A stretch of 63,685 nt of DNA, the filler included, from Octopus bimaculoides (taxonomy: Eukaryota), in the NCBI RefSeq assembly GCF_001194135.2. It is 6 parts of 6 records of this genome, joined end to end, with 100 filler letters (N's around TTAATTAATTAA, not from the genome) between each part and the next. Parts side by side here need not be neighbours in the genome. Positions count along the whole stretch, not along the records: positions 20,250 to 26,402 come from NC_068984.1; positions 26,503 to 35,685 come from NC_069006.1; 4 more parts are not named here. One strand, 5' to 3'. Both the position numbers and the translations under genes were made by a program. Positions 24,617 through 35,595 of this stretch are shown here, piece by piece; position 1 is the first letter of the stretch, and each line of letters starts with the position of its first letter. Under the pieces are notes generated by a model. It worked only from the letters and a program-made list of their open reading frames with translations. It searched no databases and had not been told where the DNA came from.

Positions 24617-24990
24617 CAGAAGCAATTTGCTCTACATCGCACCAGTGCGTGGGATAAGTAAATATTTATCCTTGTGCGTGTGTGTTTGTGCATGTGTGTG
24701 GTGTCTGTACATATATGTCTAAATGTGTACATGTGTGCCTGTGGACAGCTATACATACACACACACACACACACACGCACACACACACACACACATACAC
24801 ACACATATATGTATGTATATATGTATATATGTATGTGTGTATATGTGTGTGTGTGAGTGGGTGTGTATGTATATACAAGCTCCCTCTTAATAATTATATA
24901 TCTAAAGTGGATGTTGTGTTAGAACACAGAATACTGCGTTATTTACGTTGAGAGGACGTCTCATATAGACTCGCGGTGCATAAACTCCTT

Positions 24991-25301
24991 TGTATTTATA
25001 TTGTTGACCGGTGATAACCGACCACTACGGCTGTCAGAACTGCCAGATCATGTGATTTCGCCCTTCTTCGGGCTGTCAACGAGAAACGTTCTGCAAAGAC
25101 CTAGCAGCCGATTTTCCTGTCAATGATGCCTAGAATACGATTGACTATTTAGGAACTGGTGTTTCAAATAGCCCGTGAGTGGGCCTTTGATATGGATTAG
25201 TGGCACATAAAAGCACATGTATTTATATAGTTGACGGGTGATCATCGTCTTCTACGGTCAACGGAGCTAACAGATCACGTGATTTATTCCTTCCTTGGGC
25301 T
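24991..25301. repeat. Diverged ~84-bp direct repeat pair (24991-25074 and 25218-25301)
   Basis: TGTATTTATA.(T/A)GTTGAC.GGTGAT.A.CG....CTACGG......A.CT..CAGATCA.GTGATTT..CCTTC.T.GGGCT is shared by both. Confidence 0.7.
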
Positions 25302-26208
25302 TGTCTATGGCAATTTATAGCGACAGAAGCACTATTAATATTAAAAGGTAATATTATCCCACGTAAAGTGGAGGTAATACTACAAGCTATTAGTGATACC
25401 AATGCCTGAATTGTATGGACTTATAGCAATCCCGTTTCTTCCTGCCAGAAGAAAGGGTCTTGCTATAAATCTCTGTGGTCAGAGGGATATAAATTATGCA
25501 AATAAAACTAGAAAGAACAAGTTACATAGGAGGGAAATAACTAGGTTCAATCTCCTTTTCGGGTATATATAGCTACGGACATAACAGGTATCGATAAGTT
25601 TTTCACTAACACACAGGTGGTATAATATCTTTAACGGGTACACTGTTAAATTATCGTACTTCACCAAATCGAACTTGTCACAGAATGTAGCTGCCATGAA
25701 TAATAGGAAATTGTATATTAATATTTATAGGAACCTACTGAACATTTCAACAGAACATAATTATTGCAATTCTAACAGACACACTATCAGCATTTCGTGA
25801 CAGCCCGTATCACTTGATGCAGAATCCCATGTAGACCTAAGATAGAAACAATAGCCAAAATTAATACCCCATACAACGAGACCTCTCCTCCCCTCAAGCA
25901 CTAGTTGATACTCCTACCAAATGTCCGCAAGCTAAATAGAGCCTAAGAAAAATATGCAACAACTCAGTTTCCACTTATACTGAAATCTTTATTTAGACAG
26001 GCGCAACATCATCTCATTTTAAGATTCTATATTTATGCCCACTTGTTCAAATCTACATCCTTGGCTGAGAGCGTTCTGCATACTGCACTCTTGGTCACGC
26101 ATGCATACATGCATGCTCACGCATACACGCATGCAGACGTATAAACGCACGCATACACGCACGCTCGCGCATATGCGTGTGTATGTGTTTGTGTGTGTAT
26201 ATATACAC

Positions 26209-26295
<87 letters not shown>

Positions 26296-26446
26296 TATAG
26301 TAAATCCAAACATGAACAAGCGAGAAAAAACAACAACGCGAGGACGTGGAATAAGCACAGTGTTATTGGACACTCAGGAAAGGAAAAAAAAGAAAGATGA
26401 TTNNNNNNNNNNNNNNNNNNNNNNNNNNNNNNNNNNNNNNNNNNNN

Positions 26447-26458
26447 TTAATTAATTAA
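26447..26458. other. Artificial scaffold-joining spacer TTAATTAATTAA
   Basis: 44N+12+44N, identical to the other spacers. Confidence 0.95.
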
Positions 26459-26504
26459 NNNNNNNNNNNNNNNNNNNNNNNNNNNNNNNNNNNNNNNNNN
26501 NNTG

Positions 26505-26762
26505 TGTGTGTGTGTGTGTGTGTCTTTGAGTCTGTCTTTTTCTCCCACCACCACTTGACAACTGGTGTTGGTGTGTTTATGTCCTTCTAACTTAGTGCTT
26601 CAGTAAAAGTGACCGATAGAATAAGTACTAGTCTTAACAAAAAAAAAAAAAATAATAATAAATAAATAAATAGTAGTGGGGGTGCGATTCATTCGACTTA
26701 AAAGTCTTCAAGGTGGTGCACCAGCATGGCCATAGTTCAATGACCGAAGCAAGCAAAAGATA
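26505..26762 (+). mobile_element. SINE family A 3' module
   Basis: CCACTTGACAACTGGTGTTGGTGTGTTTATGTCC..AACTTAG...GACCGATAGAATAAGTACTAG...GGTGCACCAGCATGGCC..AGTTCAATGACCGAAGCAAG. Confidence 0.8.
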
Positions 26763-27010
26763 TAAAATAGAAAATAACAGGCTAATTGGAGTTAAATACA
26801 TTTTCCTCAGAAACCAAATACAATGAATTGCATAAACAACACAATAGAACCTGTAATGAGTTCGTATGCCAATTACTTTGTGTAACGAACTGAAATTACT
26901 CATTAACAAAGCAACAGATTAATCCAATCGGAAATTACTCCTCCTACAAAACTGGAGAACCAGCAACAGATTAAAACGATCGATAACGAGGAATAATTAC
27001 TGAATGATAA

Positions 27011-27577
27011 CACTAGCCAACAAAATTAAATGTATTATATTTGTTATGAATGCATTATATTTATTATGAATGTATTATATTTATTATGAACGTATTATAT
27101 TTATGAATGTATTATATTTATGAACGTATTATATTTATTATGAGCTTTTTTCAGACTAATTTTTCATGCTGATTTCAAAATTTCACTCCATTTGTATGCA
27201 GCACATATCAGTTTTTCAGTAGATACATGCAAATATTTACATATTTGTATCTATGAAATCATTAACGTAATAATTAAGTACATATTTTTAGAAAGTAAAT
27301 GAGTTTATTGAGTTAAAAATCATCATTATCATTCTACAAAGAGTGAATACACAAAAAAAAAAAAAAATGGGTCAGACAAAACAAAGTTAGAACAACAGAG
27401 TTAGAAACATTGTGATTTGAATTTCCTTCGGGGTTCCTGATCTGGTTGATCACGGTAAAGTGTCCAGCAGTAGTCAGCCAGCATACTGTCATTCCAGAAG
27501 CCTTGGTACCGTTTCTCTATAGCACTAATGTCCTGGTGAAATCCTTCACCGTGTTCATCAGACACTGCTCCAAGGTT
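27011..27577 (-). mobile_element. DNA transposon 3' end, Chapaev (CMC)-like transposase C-terminus
   Basis: 27577-27401 translates NLGAVSDEHGEGFHQDISAIEKRYQGFWNDSMLADYCWTLYRD*. Putative terminus CACTAGCC.. at 27011, preceded by TAA. Family assignment is from recollection of the motif, not from a search. Confidence 0.6.
27031..27144. repeat. Minisatellite, 6 copies of a 17/20-bp unit (Y)GTATTATATTT(ATT)ATGAA
   Basis: Units start at 27031, 27051, 27071, 27091, 27108 and 27125. Confidence 0.9.
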
Positions 27578-27614
27578 ATTTGTAATCTCCCAGCCATGAA
27601 GACAAACATGTGTT

Positions 27615-27764
27615 GAGTAGACCAGTAATAAGAACAGACTCGAGTATAACTCACCAATAATGAGAATACACACAAGTGTAACTCATCCGTAATAAGAATA
27701 GACTCAGCTGTAACTCACCAGTGGTGAGTAGATTCGAGTGTAACTCACCTGTGGTAGCAATACA
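27615..27764 (-). repeat. 30/32-bp tandem array derived from the CAT exon 6/intron junction, with repeated 5' splice-site motifs
   Basis: Units start at 27748 (GTGAGTTACA), 27718 (GTGAGTTACA), 27686 (ATGAGTTACA), 27654 (GTGAGTTATA) and 27622 (GTCTAC..). Confidence 0.9.
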
Positions 27765-27863
27765 GTCAAATCCAACAAATCCATAGAAACATGTAGCAGC
27801 ACCAGACAACATTCCGGAGATTCCATAAGGCATGAACCCACCATCACCGAACCCAGAAGGTAC
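27749..27863 (-). CDS. SLC7A1/2/3-like: CAT coding exon 6 ([39 protein letters not shown])
   Basis: Acceptor ttttctctatttcag, donor G|GTGAGT, 115 nt, phase 0-1; GGFMPYG and TM6 [12 protein letters not shown] motifs. Confidence 0.96.
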
Positions 27864-30800
27864 CTGAAATAGAGAAAAGGGCTTGTTTTAACCTACAAAA
27901 AGCCACCATCAATATATCCTGGGGTACCTAAAAGAGATTAAGGTATGCATTATAAATGACATGAAACCACTATCATTACTCTAGATATACCTGAAATAGA
28001 TTACTACAACGAGACTCCGTCGGTTACGACGACGAGGGTTCCAGTTGATCCAATCAACGGAACAACCTGCTCGTGAGATTAACGCGCAAGTGGCTGAGCA
28101 CTCCACGGACACGGGTACCCTTAACGTAGTTCTCAGGGTGATACAGCATGACACAAAAAGTGTGACAAAGTTGGCCCTTTGAAATGCAGGTACAAATATG
28201 TTGGTTCCCCAATCTTGGGTGTTAAGATCGTCTACATTTACAATCAGAAAAATATATATACCTTCAGAAATGGATCTGATTGTATGCGTAAATCTATAGG
28301 TATTTCATACTTAAACATGGATATTCAATCTATAGATATTTCATACTCAAAAACATAGATATACATATTTAAAAAAAGAAACTAAATGGTCCAAATAAGC
28401 TATTATAGTCATTTTGTTTGGTTATAAATCAACTAGTTAATTTTGGTTATTGGGGAATTATAGATTTATGTAAGAATTCTTCAGTTTTTTAGTTCACTTT
28501 AGCTATTAATATATAATCTGATGTTATGTGAAAAACTTACTTCACTTTTGTCAATGCTCCAGTTCTTAAAGTCAACGTTGAAAAATCCACAGATGATAAC
28601 ATAGGTAAGTACAAAGAGATTGAGGACTGTAAAAACACTGTTGAACATTGTAGATTGTTTCACTCCGACAGCAAGAATAACTGGTAAAATAGATTTGATA
28701 GAATATGTTGACACCTTTGTTAAATTATATTTCAGATGAATTACATTGCCTACGTGAAATTCTGTCTGTCTGTCTGTCTGGGACCACTGTATCTCAGTTT
28801 ATATTTGCTCTACATAAACATATACCTTTTTGGAATCAGGATGATCCTGGCATTGAAAATCTTCCCTTCATTTGGTTCTTTAACATCCAGCATTGGGATG
28901 AGGATTTGTTATACGCTAACAGCTGAAAATTCAAATTTTAAAAGAACTCCCAAAATTTGTGAATTTGGCAGTTTTTTCCTTTAAACTGAATTTAAAGTAA
29001 TACCATATTGGGAGGGTACCAATGAATGCTTTATTACTATTGCTCTCTTTAGTTTTTAGCCTCATCCCAATTAGCCCTTTGCAGGAGCTAGCTCAAAAGT
29101 CTGCACGGAGTGCAGCTTTTAAGCTCAGTTGAAATAATTCTGAAAATATTGGAGAAATAACTGGTGGAATTCTTGTTTAAACACCACATAACTATTAATA
29201 GCACTTTAATACATGTTTTGTGAGCTTTAAATAAATAATATTTATCGCTCGTCAGATGGAGTACTTTTTTGTTGAATTTTCTATCACGGATCAGTACATT
29301 ATATATATGTATATATATATATATATATATTTGCAAGGTAAATAGTGATTTTAAAACGCGCGTGTGTGTAGTGATGTTTAGTTTTCTTACCTGTAAGTAA
29401 TGCCACCAGACCCAACGCAAAGAAATCTGGATATTCCGCTAAGAAATCAACATGAATAGGCATGGAGGAGTTTAGGAAATTGGAGATTTTATAGTCAACC
29501 AATGTGTCGAAATTTGCAGTCCAAGCTCTTGCTACACTTGCAGTTCCTTCAATGGAATTAAATGGTAAAATTAAGAGTTCAAGTCTAATACTGGATCATT
29601 GCAACAAATACAAATGTTTACAAGAATATATATATATCTATATTATGTGGTTCATAAAAAGATGGAGAATAAAGTTACTTACCAATGGCATATTCCAGGA
29701 TGAGGTTCCAACCAATGATAAAAGCAATCAGTTCACCAACTGTGATGTAGCTATAGACATAGGCAGAGCCAGTCTTTGGCACACGGGCCCCAAATTCAGC
29801 ATAACAAAGCCCTGACAGGAAAAGAAAGATCGATTGAGAGAGAAAGGGTAAAAAAGAAAATTTTAGCATTTAAGAGAATTATTGGGTGGGTTTAGGCAAT
29901 GTATTTATATTTATTCAGGTATGGTATGGGTTATGTGCTAAGAAGCTTGCTTCCCAACAACAAGGTTACGGGTTATGTCGAGAAGGGAAATTCCTCTGTA
30001 GTTGTTGTCATCTTCTTTGCCACCCTTGATGACCAGGGGCAATGACGAGTGGAAGAGGTTAGGATACTTGCTCTATAGCAACAGGCTCACGAGTGTCCAG
30101 ATTTAGATTCACGGAGTCCGAGATAAATCGTAGCTATAATAAGATGATGGGGGGAAAGAGTAAAAATTTTAACATCTGAATGACAACAAAACTAAGCAAA
30201 CTCGACGCCAAAATAAGTTACAAGACAAAATCAAAGTAAGATGTTAACAAACCTGCAAGTACTGATACAATGGCTGCTATGAAGAAGGACAGAACAATTG
30301 AGGGACCTGCCTTTGTCTTGGCAACCTCTCCTGATAATACATAGGCGCCAGCTCCTAGGGTACTTCCCACTCCTGTAAGAAAGAGAGAAGGAAAAAATCA
30401 ACGATTTAAGGTCGAGCCAATGAGATTGGTTTTTATGTACGTAGTGGTCTTTCGACTGGTCAGAAATAGCTATCACATCTTCAAATTATCAGTTCCCTGT
30501 CGTCCTAAACATGAAAGTACAAAAGGAAAGGATATCTACGGAGGATAGATATGGAGACTTCCCCCCCCCCCAGAATAATGGACACAGAAGGTAGATGGAT
30601 GGATGGATGGATGGATGGATGGATATCAAACATACCATATCTAACATATAATACCTGCCTTACAATGTCCGGCATATAATGGTTTCATATTTTACCACAA
30701 GGGCAACAATAATGGGGGGAAGGGACGGGTCGATTCCATCGATCCCAGTATTTAACTGGTACTTATTTTATCGACCGCGAAAGGATGAAAGGTAAAGTCT

Positions 30801-31147
30801 ACCTCGGCGGAATTTGGACTCAGAACGTAGCGACGGGCGAAATACCACTAAGCATTTTCCCCAGCGTGCTAAACGGACATAGAAATATCTAAAACCTGTA
30901 ACATGATATTTTCACACTCTAAATGTGTGTTTTCTGTATTCCTATTCTCCTGCAGACATCAAACACCGAAAAACCAAACATATCAATGTGTTAGGATCTT
31001 AACACGATTTAGAAGGAAATAAAAGATTGGAAACTCACCCAAGAGTATGAGATCCAATAGTGTAAGAACTCGAGAAAGCTTGGTCGTCTGCAATTCATTA
31101 CAGTCCACCGGTTTCTTCCGGAACAGCTTCAATAGTAGCCTCAACAT
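27749..31147 (-). CDS. SLC7A1/2/3-like: Cationic amino acid transporter (SLC7/CAT family), partial gene model: 6 coding exons encoding the N-terminal ~256 aa; 3' exons not in the assembled sequence
   Basis: Hand-spliced exons 31147-31039, 30372-30253, 29811-29683, 29546-29391, 28680-28541 and 27863-27749 have GT..AG sites and compatible phases (1,1,1,1,0,1). They give [128 protein letters not shown]...[32 protein letters not shown]. These are the hallmark CAT motifs ([43 protein letters not shown]). Confidence 0.95.
28010..28193 (+). mobile_element. Interspersed SINE-like repeat in CAT intron 5
   Basis: GC-richer island (CGGTTACGACGACGAGGGTTCCAGTTGATCC...GTGGCTGAGCACTCCAC...CCCTTTGAAAT.CAGGTAC) that I recall as an abundant octopus repeat; single copy here. 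Confidence 0.5.
28541..28680 (-). CDS. SLC7A1/2/3-like: CAT coding exon 5 ([47 protein letters not shown])
   Basis: Acceptor tctattttaccag, donor GAA|GTAAGT, 140 nt, phase 1-0; GVK.S..FN..FT..N and NW motifs. Confidence 0.93.
29391..29546 (-). CDS. SLC7A1/2/3-like: CAT coding exon 4 ([18 protein letters not shown]...[16 protein letters not shown])
   Basis: Acceptor ccattgaag, donor G|GTAAGA, 156 nt, phase 1-1; SVARAW and YPDFFA motifs. Confidence 0.93.
29683..29811 (-). CDS. SLC7A1/2/3-like: CAT coding exon 3 ([44 protein letters not shown])
   Basis: Acceptor tttcctgtcag, donor G|GTAAGT, 129 nt, phase 1-1; highly conserved APC/CAT segment. Confidence 0.97.
29990..30070 (-). mobile_element. 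Tiny LINE RT fragment in CAT intron 2
   Basis: Minus frame [22 protein letters not shown] (NYRGISLL motif). Confidence 0.6.
30253..30372 (-). CDS. SLC7A1/2/3-like: CAT coding exon 2 ([41 protein letters not shown])
   Basis: Acceptor ttctctctttcttacag, donor G|GTTTGT, 120 nt, phase 1-1; TM1-TM2 motifs. Confidence 0.95.
30695..30872 (-). mobile_element. SINE family B in CAT intron 1
   Basis: Reverse complement GTTTAGCACGCTGGGGAAAATGCTTAGTGGTATTTCG...TTCTGAGTCCAAATTCCGCCGAGGTAGACTTTACCTTTCATCCTTTCGCGGTCGATAAAATAAGTACCAG. Confidence 0.8.
31039..31147 (-). CDS. SLC7A1/2/3-like: CAT coding exon 1 ([15 protein letters not shown]...LLDLILLG)
   Basis: ATG at 31147; donor G|GTGAGT at 31038; typical CAT N-terminus (RKKPVD..L.R.L.LLDL..LG). 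An acceptor AG at 31150-31149 lies just upstream of the ATG. Confidence 0.85.
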
Positions 31148-31975
31148 TCTATTGGGGTAGAGGTTATGAGAAAGACAAAGAATATATATAAGGAGAATTT
31201 CAGATAGGTTCAACAATTTAAATAAACATATATTCTGTCATGAGTCGATGTATATCAGTCTTTAAATACACCAATGTGTTAGTCATTAAAATATTAAAAC
31301 ATTGTCAAAAATCTATAAATATATTAAGAACATTGCACGAAACGTGAACGAAGGAGGCAGTATCCAATTTTTNNNNNNNNNNNNNNNNNNNNNNNNNNNN
31401 NNNNNNNNNNNNNNNNNNNNNNNNNNNNNNNNNNNNNNNNNNNNNNNNNNNNNNNNNNNNNNNNNNNNNNNNNNNNNNNNNNNNNNNNNNNNNNNNNNNN
31501 NNNNNNNNNNNNNNNNNNNNNNNNNNNNNNNNNNNNNNNNNNNNNNNNNNNNNNNNNNNNNNNNNNNNNNNNNNNNNNNNNNNNNNNNNNNNNNNNNNNN
31601 NNNNNNNNNNNNNNNNNNNNNNNNNNNNNNNNNNNNNNNNNNNNNNNNNNNNNNNNNNNNNNNNNNNNNNNNNNNNNNNNNNNNNNNNNNNNNNNNNNNN
31701 NNNNNNNNNNNNNNNNNNNNNNNNNNNNNNNNNNNNNNNNNNNNNNNNNNNNNNNNNNNNNNNNNNNNNNNNNNNNNNNNNNNNNNNNNNNNNNNNNNNN
31801 NNNNNNNNNNNNNNNNNNNNNNNNNNNNNNNNNNNNNNNNNNNNNNNNNNNNNNNNNNNNNNNNNNNNNNNNNNNNNNNNNNNNNNNNNNNNNNNNNNNN
31901 NNNNNNNNNNNNNNNNNNNNNNNNNNNNNTTTTTTTTTTTTTTTTTTTTCAAAGTTTCAGCTCAGAGCTGCGGCC

Positions 31976-32006
<31 letters not shown>

Positions 32007-32780
32007 TAAATCTCTGAATATATATGAATATGTATGTGAACTAGCAAAAGGTAATCTTTTAACATCCATAAACTTAAAAATCCACCACCACCACCACCGC
32101 CACAACCACCACCACCATCGCCACCGTCGTCTCCATAGTTTTGGCTTTTGTTCCAGCTGGTGTTACTTAAGCAAACTATTGATTAAAATGTAGGAGTGGT
32201 GGAGATGGTGGCGTCGGTTTTGGTGCTGGAGGTAGTGGTGGTGGTGATGATGGTGGTGGTGGTGGTGGCTGCAACACTGGCGGGTAGCGATAATGGTAGT
32301 GGTGGTGGTGGTGGTGGTGGTATATGATGGTAGTAGTGTTGGTAGTAAGAATAACATTGATTTACCATGACAATGGCGTTCAGTTCCAGCTCAGACCCGA
32401 CTCGGTGACAATAATGGTTCAAAACACATTCCAGGCTTGACCATCAACCTGTATTTTTTTGCAATACGAAATGTTGGTCCAATAAACGATTTGGTAAGTG
32501 CTGTAAGGTGATAACGAATTAACGCATCCGAAATTAGTCCGGATATTCCACTGAAGAGCCAACAGCACTAGAATTCTTATGCATTACTAAATTCCCCATT
32601 ATCAATCACAAAATTTACAGACATCATGCACAATAAAAATGAGAATGATGTTGATTTGAACGTGAAACAGTTCTTCCTTGAGAAGGAAGTTAAACCCTCG
32701 GATATGTCGAAACAATTTAATCAGAATGATCTTGATTAAGAATGCAACAACTTTTTCTTGAAAATAATAATAACTTTTCT

Positions 32781-32893
32781 ACTCTAGGCACAAGGCCCGA
32801 AATTTTGTGGGAGGGGGCCAGTCGATTAGATCGACCCAGGTGTGCAACTGGTTCTTAATTTATCGTCCCCGAAAGGATAAAAGGCAAAGTCGA
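32781..32893 (-). mobile_element. SINE family B 3' part (cut by gap)
   Basis: AGGCACAAGGCCCGAAATTTTG...GTCGATTAGATCGACCC..AACTGGT.CTTAATTTATCG.CCCCGAAAGGAT.AAAGGCAAAGTCGA. Confidence 0.75.
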
Positions 32894-33796
32894 NNNNNNN
32901 NNNNNNNNNNNNNNNNNNNNNNNNNNNNNNNNNNNNNNNNNNNNNNNNNNNNNNNNNNNNNNNNNNNNNNNNNNNNNNNNNNNNNNNNNNNNNNNNNNNN
33001 NNNNNNNNNNNNNNNNNNNNNNNNNNNNNNNNNNNNNNNNNNNNNNNNNNNNNNNNNNNNNNNNNNNNNNNNNNNNNNNNNNNNNNNNNNNNNNNNNNNN
33101 NNNNNNNNNNNNNNNNNNNNNNNNNNNNNNNNNNNNNNNNNNNNNNNNNNNNNNNNNNNNNNNNNNNNNNNNNNNNNNNNNNNNNNNNNNNNNNNNNNNN
33201 NNNNNNNNNNNNNNNNNNNNNNNNNNNNNNNNNNNNNNNNNNNNNNNNNNNNNNNNNNNNNNNNNNNNNNNNNNNNNNNNNNNNNNNNNNNNNNNNNNNN
33301 NNNNNNNNNNNNNNNNNNNNNNNNNNNNNNNNNNNNNNNNNNNNNNNNNNNNNNNNNNNNNNNNNNNNNNNNNNNNNNNNNNNNNNNNNNNNNNNNNNNN
33401 NNNNNNNNNNNNNNNNNNNNNNNNNNNNNNNNNNNNNNNNNNNNNNNNNNNNNNNNNNNNNNNNNNNNNNNNNNNNNNNNNNNNNNNNNNNNNNNNNNNN
33501 NNNNNNNNNNNNNNNNNNNNNNNNNNNNNNNNNNNNNNNNNNNNNNNNNNNNNNNNNNNNNNNNNNNNNNNNNNNNNNNNNNNNNNNNNNNNNNNNNNNN
33601 NNNNNNNNNNNNNNNNNNNNNNNNNNNNNNNNNNNNNNNNNNNNNNNNNNNNNNNNNNNNNNNNNNNNNNNNNNNNNNNNNNNNNNNNNNNNNNNAATTT
33701 TTTTAGATGCATAAATGTGTGCCTGTATCAACATATATACAACATGAGTATCTATTTCTTTGTCTACTCATCCCACTCTCTCTATCTCCCTGTGTA

Positions 33797-34406
33797 TACT
33801 AATTCTGTTGGCTTTTACTCCACTTAGGACGCTTTGCAATGATTGTTTTTGAAAGTATTGGTTTTCGGATTGCAGCCCTCCCATGAAATCCAGCCTTGTG
33901 CAGCTCCTGGTGAACAGTTTTTGTGGAAACTGGGTTCTCGGGGTGGTTATTAAGCTCTGCAATAATTTGGGGAGCTGTACTCTTGTGATCCTTTCTAACA
34001 ATTCGCGTAAGAGTCCGACGGTCCCTATCTGAAAGCTTTGGTTTTCTTCCGGAGTTTTGTTTCAATGACGAGGTATTTCACTCTTTCTCAAAGGCTGTCA
34101 TTACTTTCGAGACTAATTCTTGATAGACCAAACATTTCGACTGTTTTCGATACACTAGCGCCTGCCATACGAGCACCAACAATTTGACCTCTTTGAAAGT
34201 CCGATAGATCTGTCATTTTAGTGAATTTTAATTACCTTTTTCTGATGATATCTGAAAAGAAACAGCAATTTTAGCAAAACATATTAAGCGACACTAATAA
34301 TAAATAAAAAAAACCTAAAAATAAACAAGCTTTTGACGGTTTTATAGATATTTCAAAATTATGATGCTATGATGCTAGGTGTTTCCATTATTTTGTCCAA
34401 CCCCTG
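33797..34406 (-). mobile_element. Tc1 transposon, 5' half (left TIR plus N-terminal transposase), decayed
   Basis: TIR CAGGGGTTGGACAAAATAATGGAAACACC starts at 34406, flanked by TA (34407-34408). ATG at 34216: MTDLSDFQRGQIVGARMAGASVSKTVEMFG...KQNSGRKPKLSDRDRRTLTRIVRKDHKSTA..I.AELN...ENPVSTKTV..ELHKAGFHGRAAIRKP. Confidence 0.92.
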
Positions 34407-34554
34407 TATGTATAGATAGATATAAATAAAGCACGCTTTATTCGTTATCAGCGGCGTTTGTAAACCGAGATACTACTGTATTAAATGAATATGAGAAAGA
34501 CAGGAGATAAAGCGCGATTTATTGGTGATCAGAGTTGTTCGAAAACCGAGGTTC

Positions 34555-34585
<31 letters not shown>

Positions 34586-34669
34586 ATGGCCGTCCACTCG
34601 TGACCGAGGAAGACCATTGCTGACCTACATTGAGGAACATCGTGCGCTCTAGGATTAACATATTTTGCA

Positions 34670-34990
34670 TTTGCAGCTCCCTTATGCAGATGACTGTGAC
34701 TTAGTCACTCATACAGTGGATGACATGCAAATACTTATGAAACGTATTTCTACTTCTTGCAAGTCATTTTGACTCAGCATTAGCCTGGACGAGACTGTTG
34801 TAATGTTTCATCCTGCACCAGGAAATCCATATGTGGAACCAGCTATCTTGGTTGAAGGAACAATACTGAAAGTGGGAAACAAGTTTGTGTACCTGGGCAG
34901 CACACTCAGCCGTTCTTGCTCCCTGGATGATGAAATATCTTTCAAGCTGCAGAGAGCAACTGATTCCTTCTGTTCTCTTCAGTCTCGCCT
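34670..34990 (+). mobile_element. RTE (BovB-like) LINE RT fragment
   Basis: LPYADDCDLVTHTVDDMQILM...F*LSISLDETVVMFHPAPGNPYVEPAILVEGTILKVGNKFVYLGSTLSRSCSLDDEISFKLQRATDSF. Confidence 0.9.
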
Positions 34991-35220
34991 TACTTCCTTC
35001 ACAACAACAACAGCAATAATAACAACAACAACAACAACAACAGCAACAACAATAATAATAATAATGTCGCGCACATATGGTTGTGATGCATGTGCCTGGT
35101 GTACCCTTATCAGACGGGTAGTCATGTTGGGAATAATGGGCTTCGTATATTTTACCCCAGTGTCACTCTGATGGCATGCACTGCTCTCTCACTCAATAAT
35201 AATAATGGTAATAATAATAA

Positions 35221-35450
35221 CTTGAAGGTAGCAGTAGTACCAATAATTGTCGGAGCCCTGGGAACAGTGAGTAAAAATCTCGAGAAGTACGTGGAACAAA
35301 TAGGGGCTGCAATAAGGGTGGAGCACTTGNNNNNNNNNNCGAGAAGTACGTGGAACAAATAGGGGCTGCAATAAGGGTGGAGCACTTGCAGAAAACAGCA
35401 CTGCTTGGAACCGCTCGAATACTCCGGGAGGTGCTCGAAAAATAAGAGGT
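35221..35450 (+). mobile_element. R4/Dong-type retrotransposon 3' end (restriction-like endonuclease C-terminus)
   Basis: LKVAVVPIIVGALGTVSKNLEKYVEQIGAAIRVEHLQKTALLGTARILREVLEK*; begins right after an (AAT)n run. 35280-35329 is duplicated across a 10-N gap (assembly overlap). Confidence 0.8.
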
Positions 35451-35547
35451 GTTGCTTCAGTTCACTGGTAGTGAACAGCTGACACTGTAGTACATCTCCA
35501 GCGTTAGAAGTTGTGCAAAGGCAATGATAATAATAATAATAATAATC

Positions 35548-35595
<48 letters not shown>

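Noticed and set aside
27615-27764. 30-32 bp repeats as a CRISPR array
   Set aside because: Units are head-to-tail with no unique spacers, the context is eukaryotic, and the repeat derives from a splice junction.
35280-35388. 50-bp tandem duplication in the Dong fragment
   Set aside because: Identical copies on either side of a 10-N gap: overlapping contig ends.
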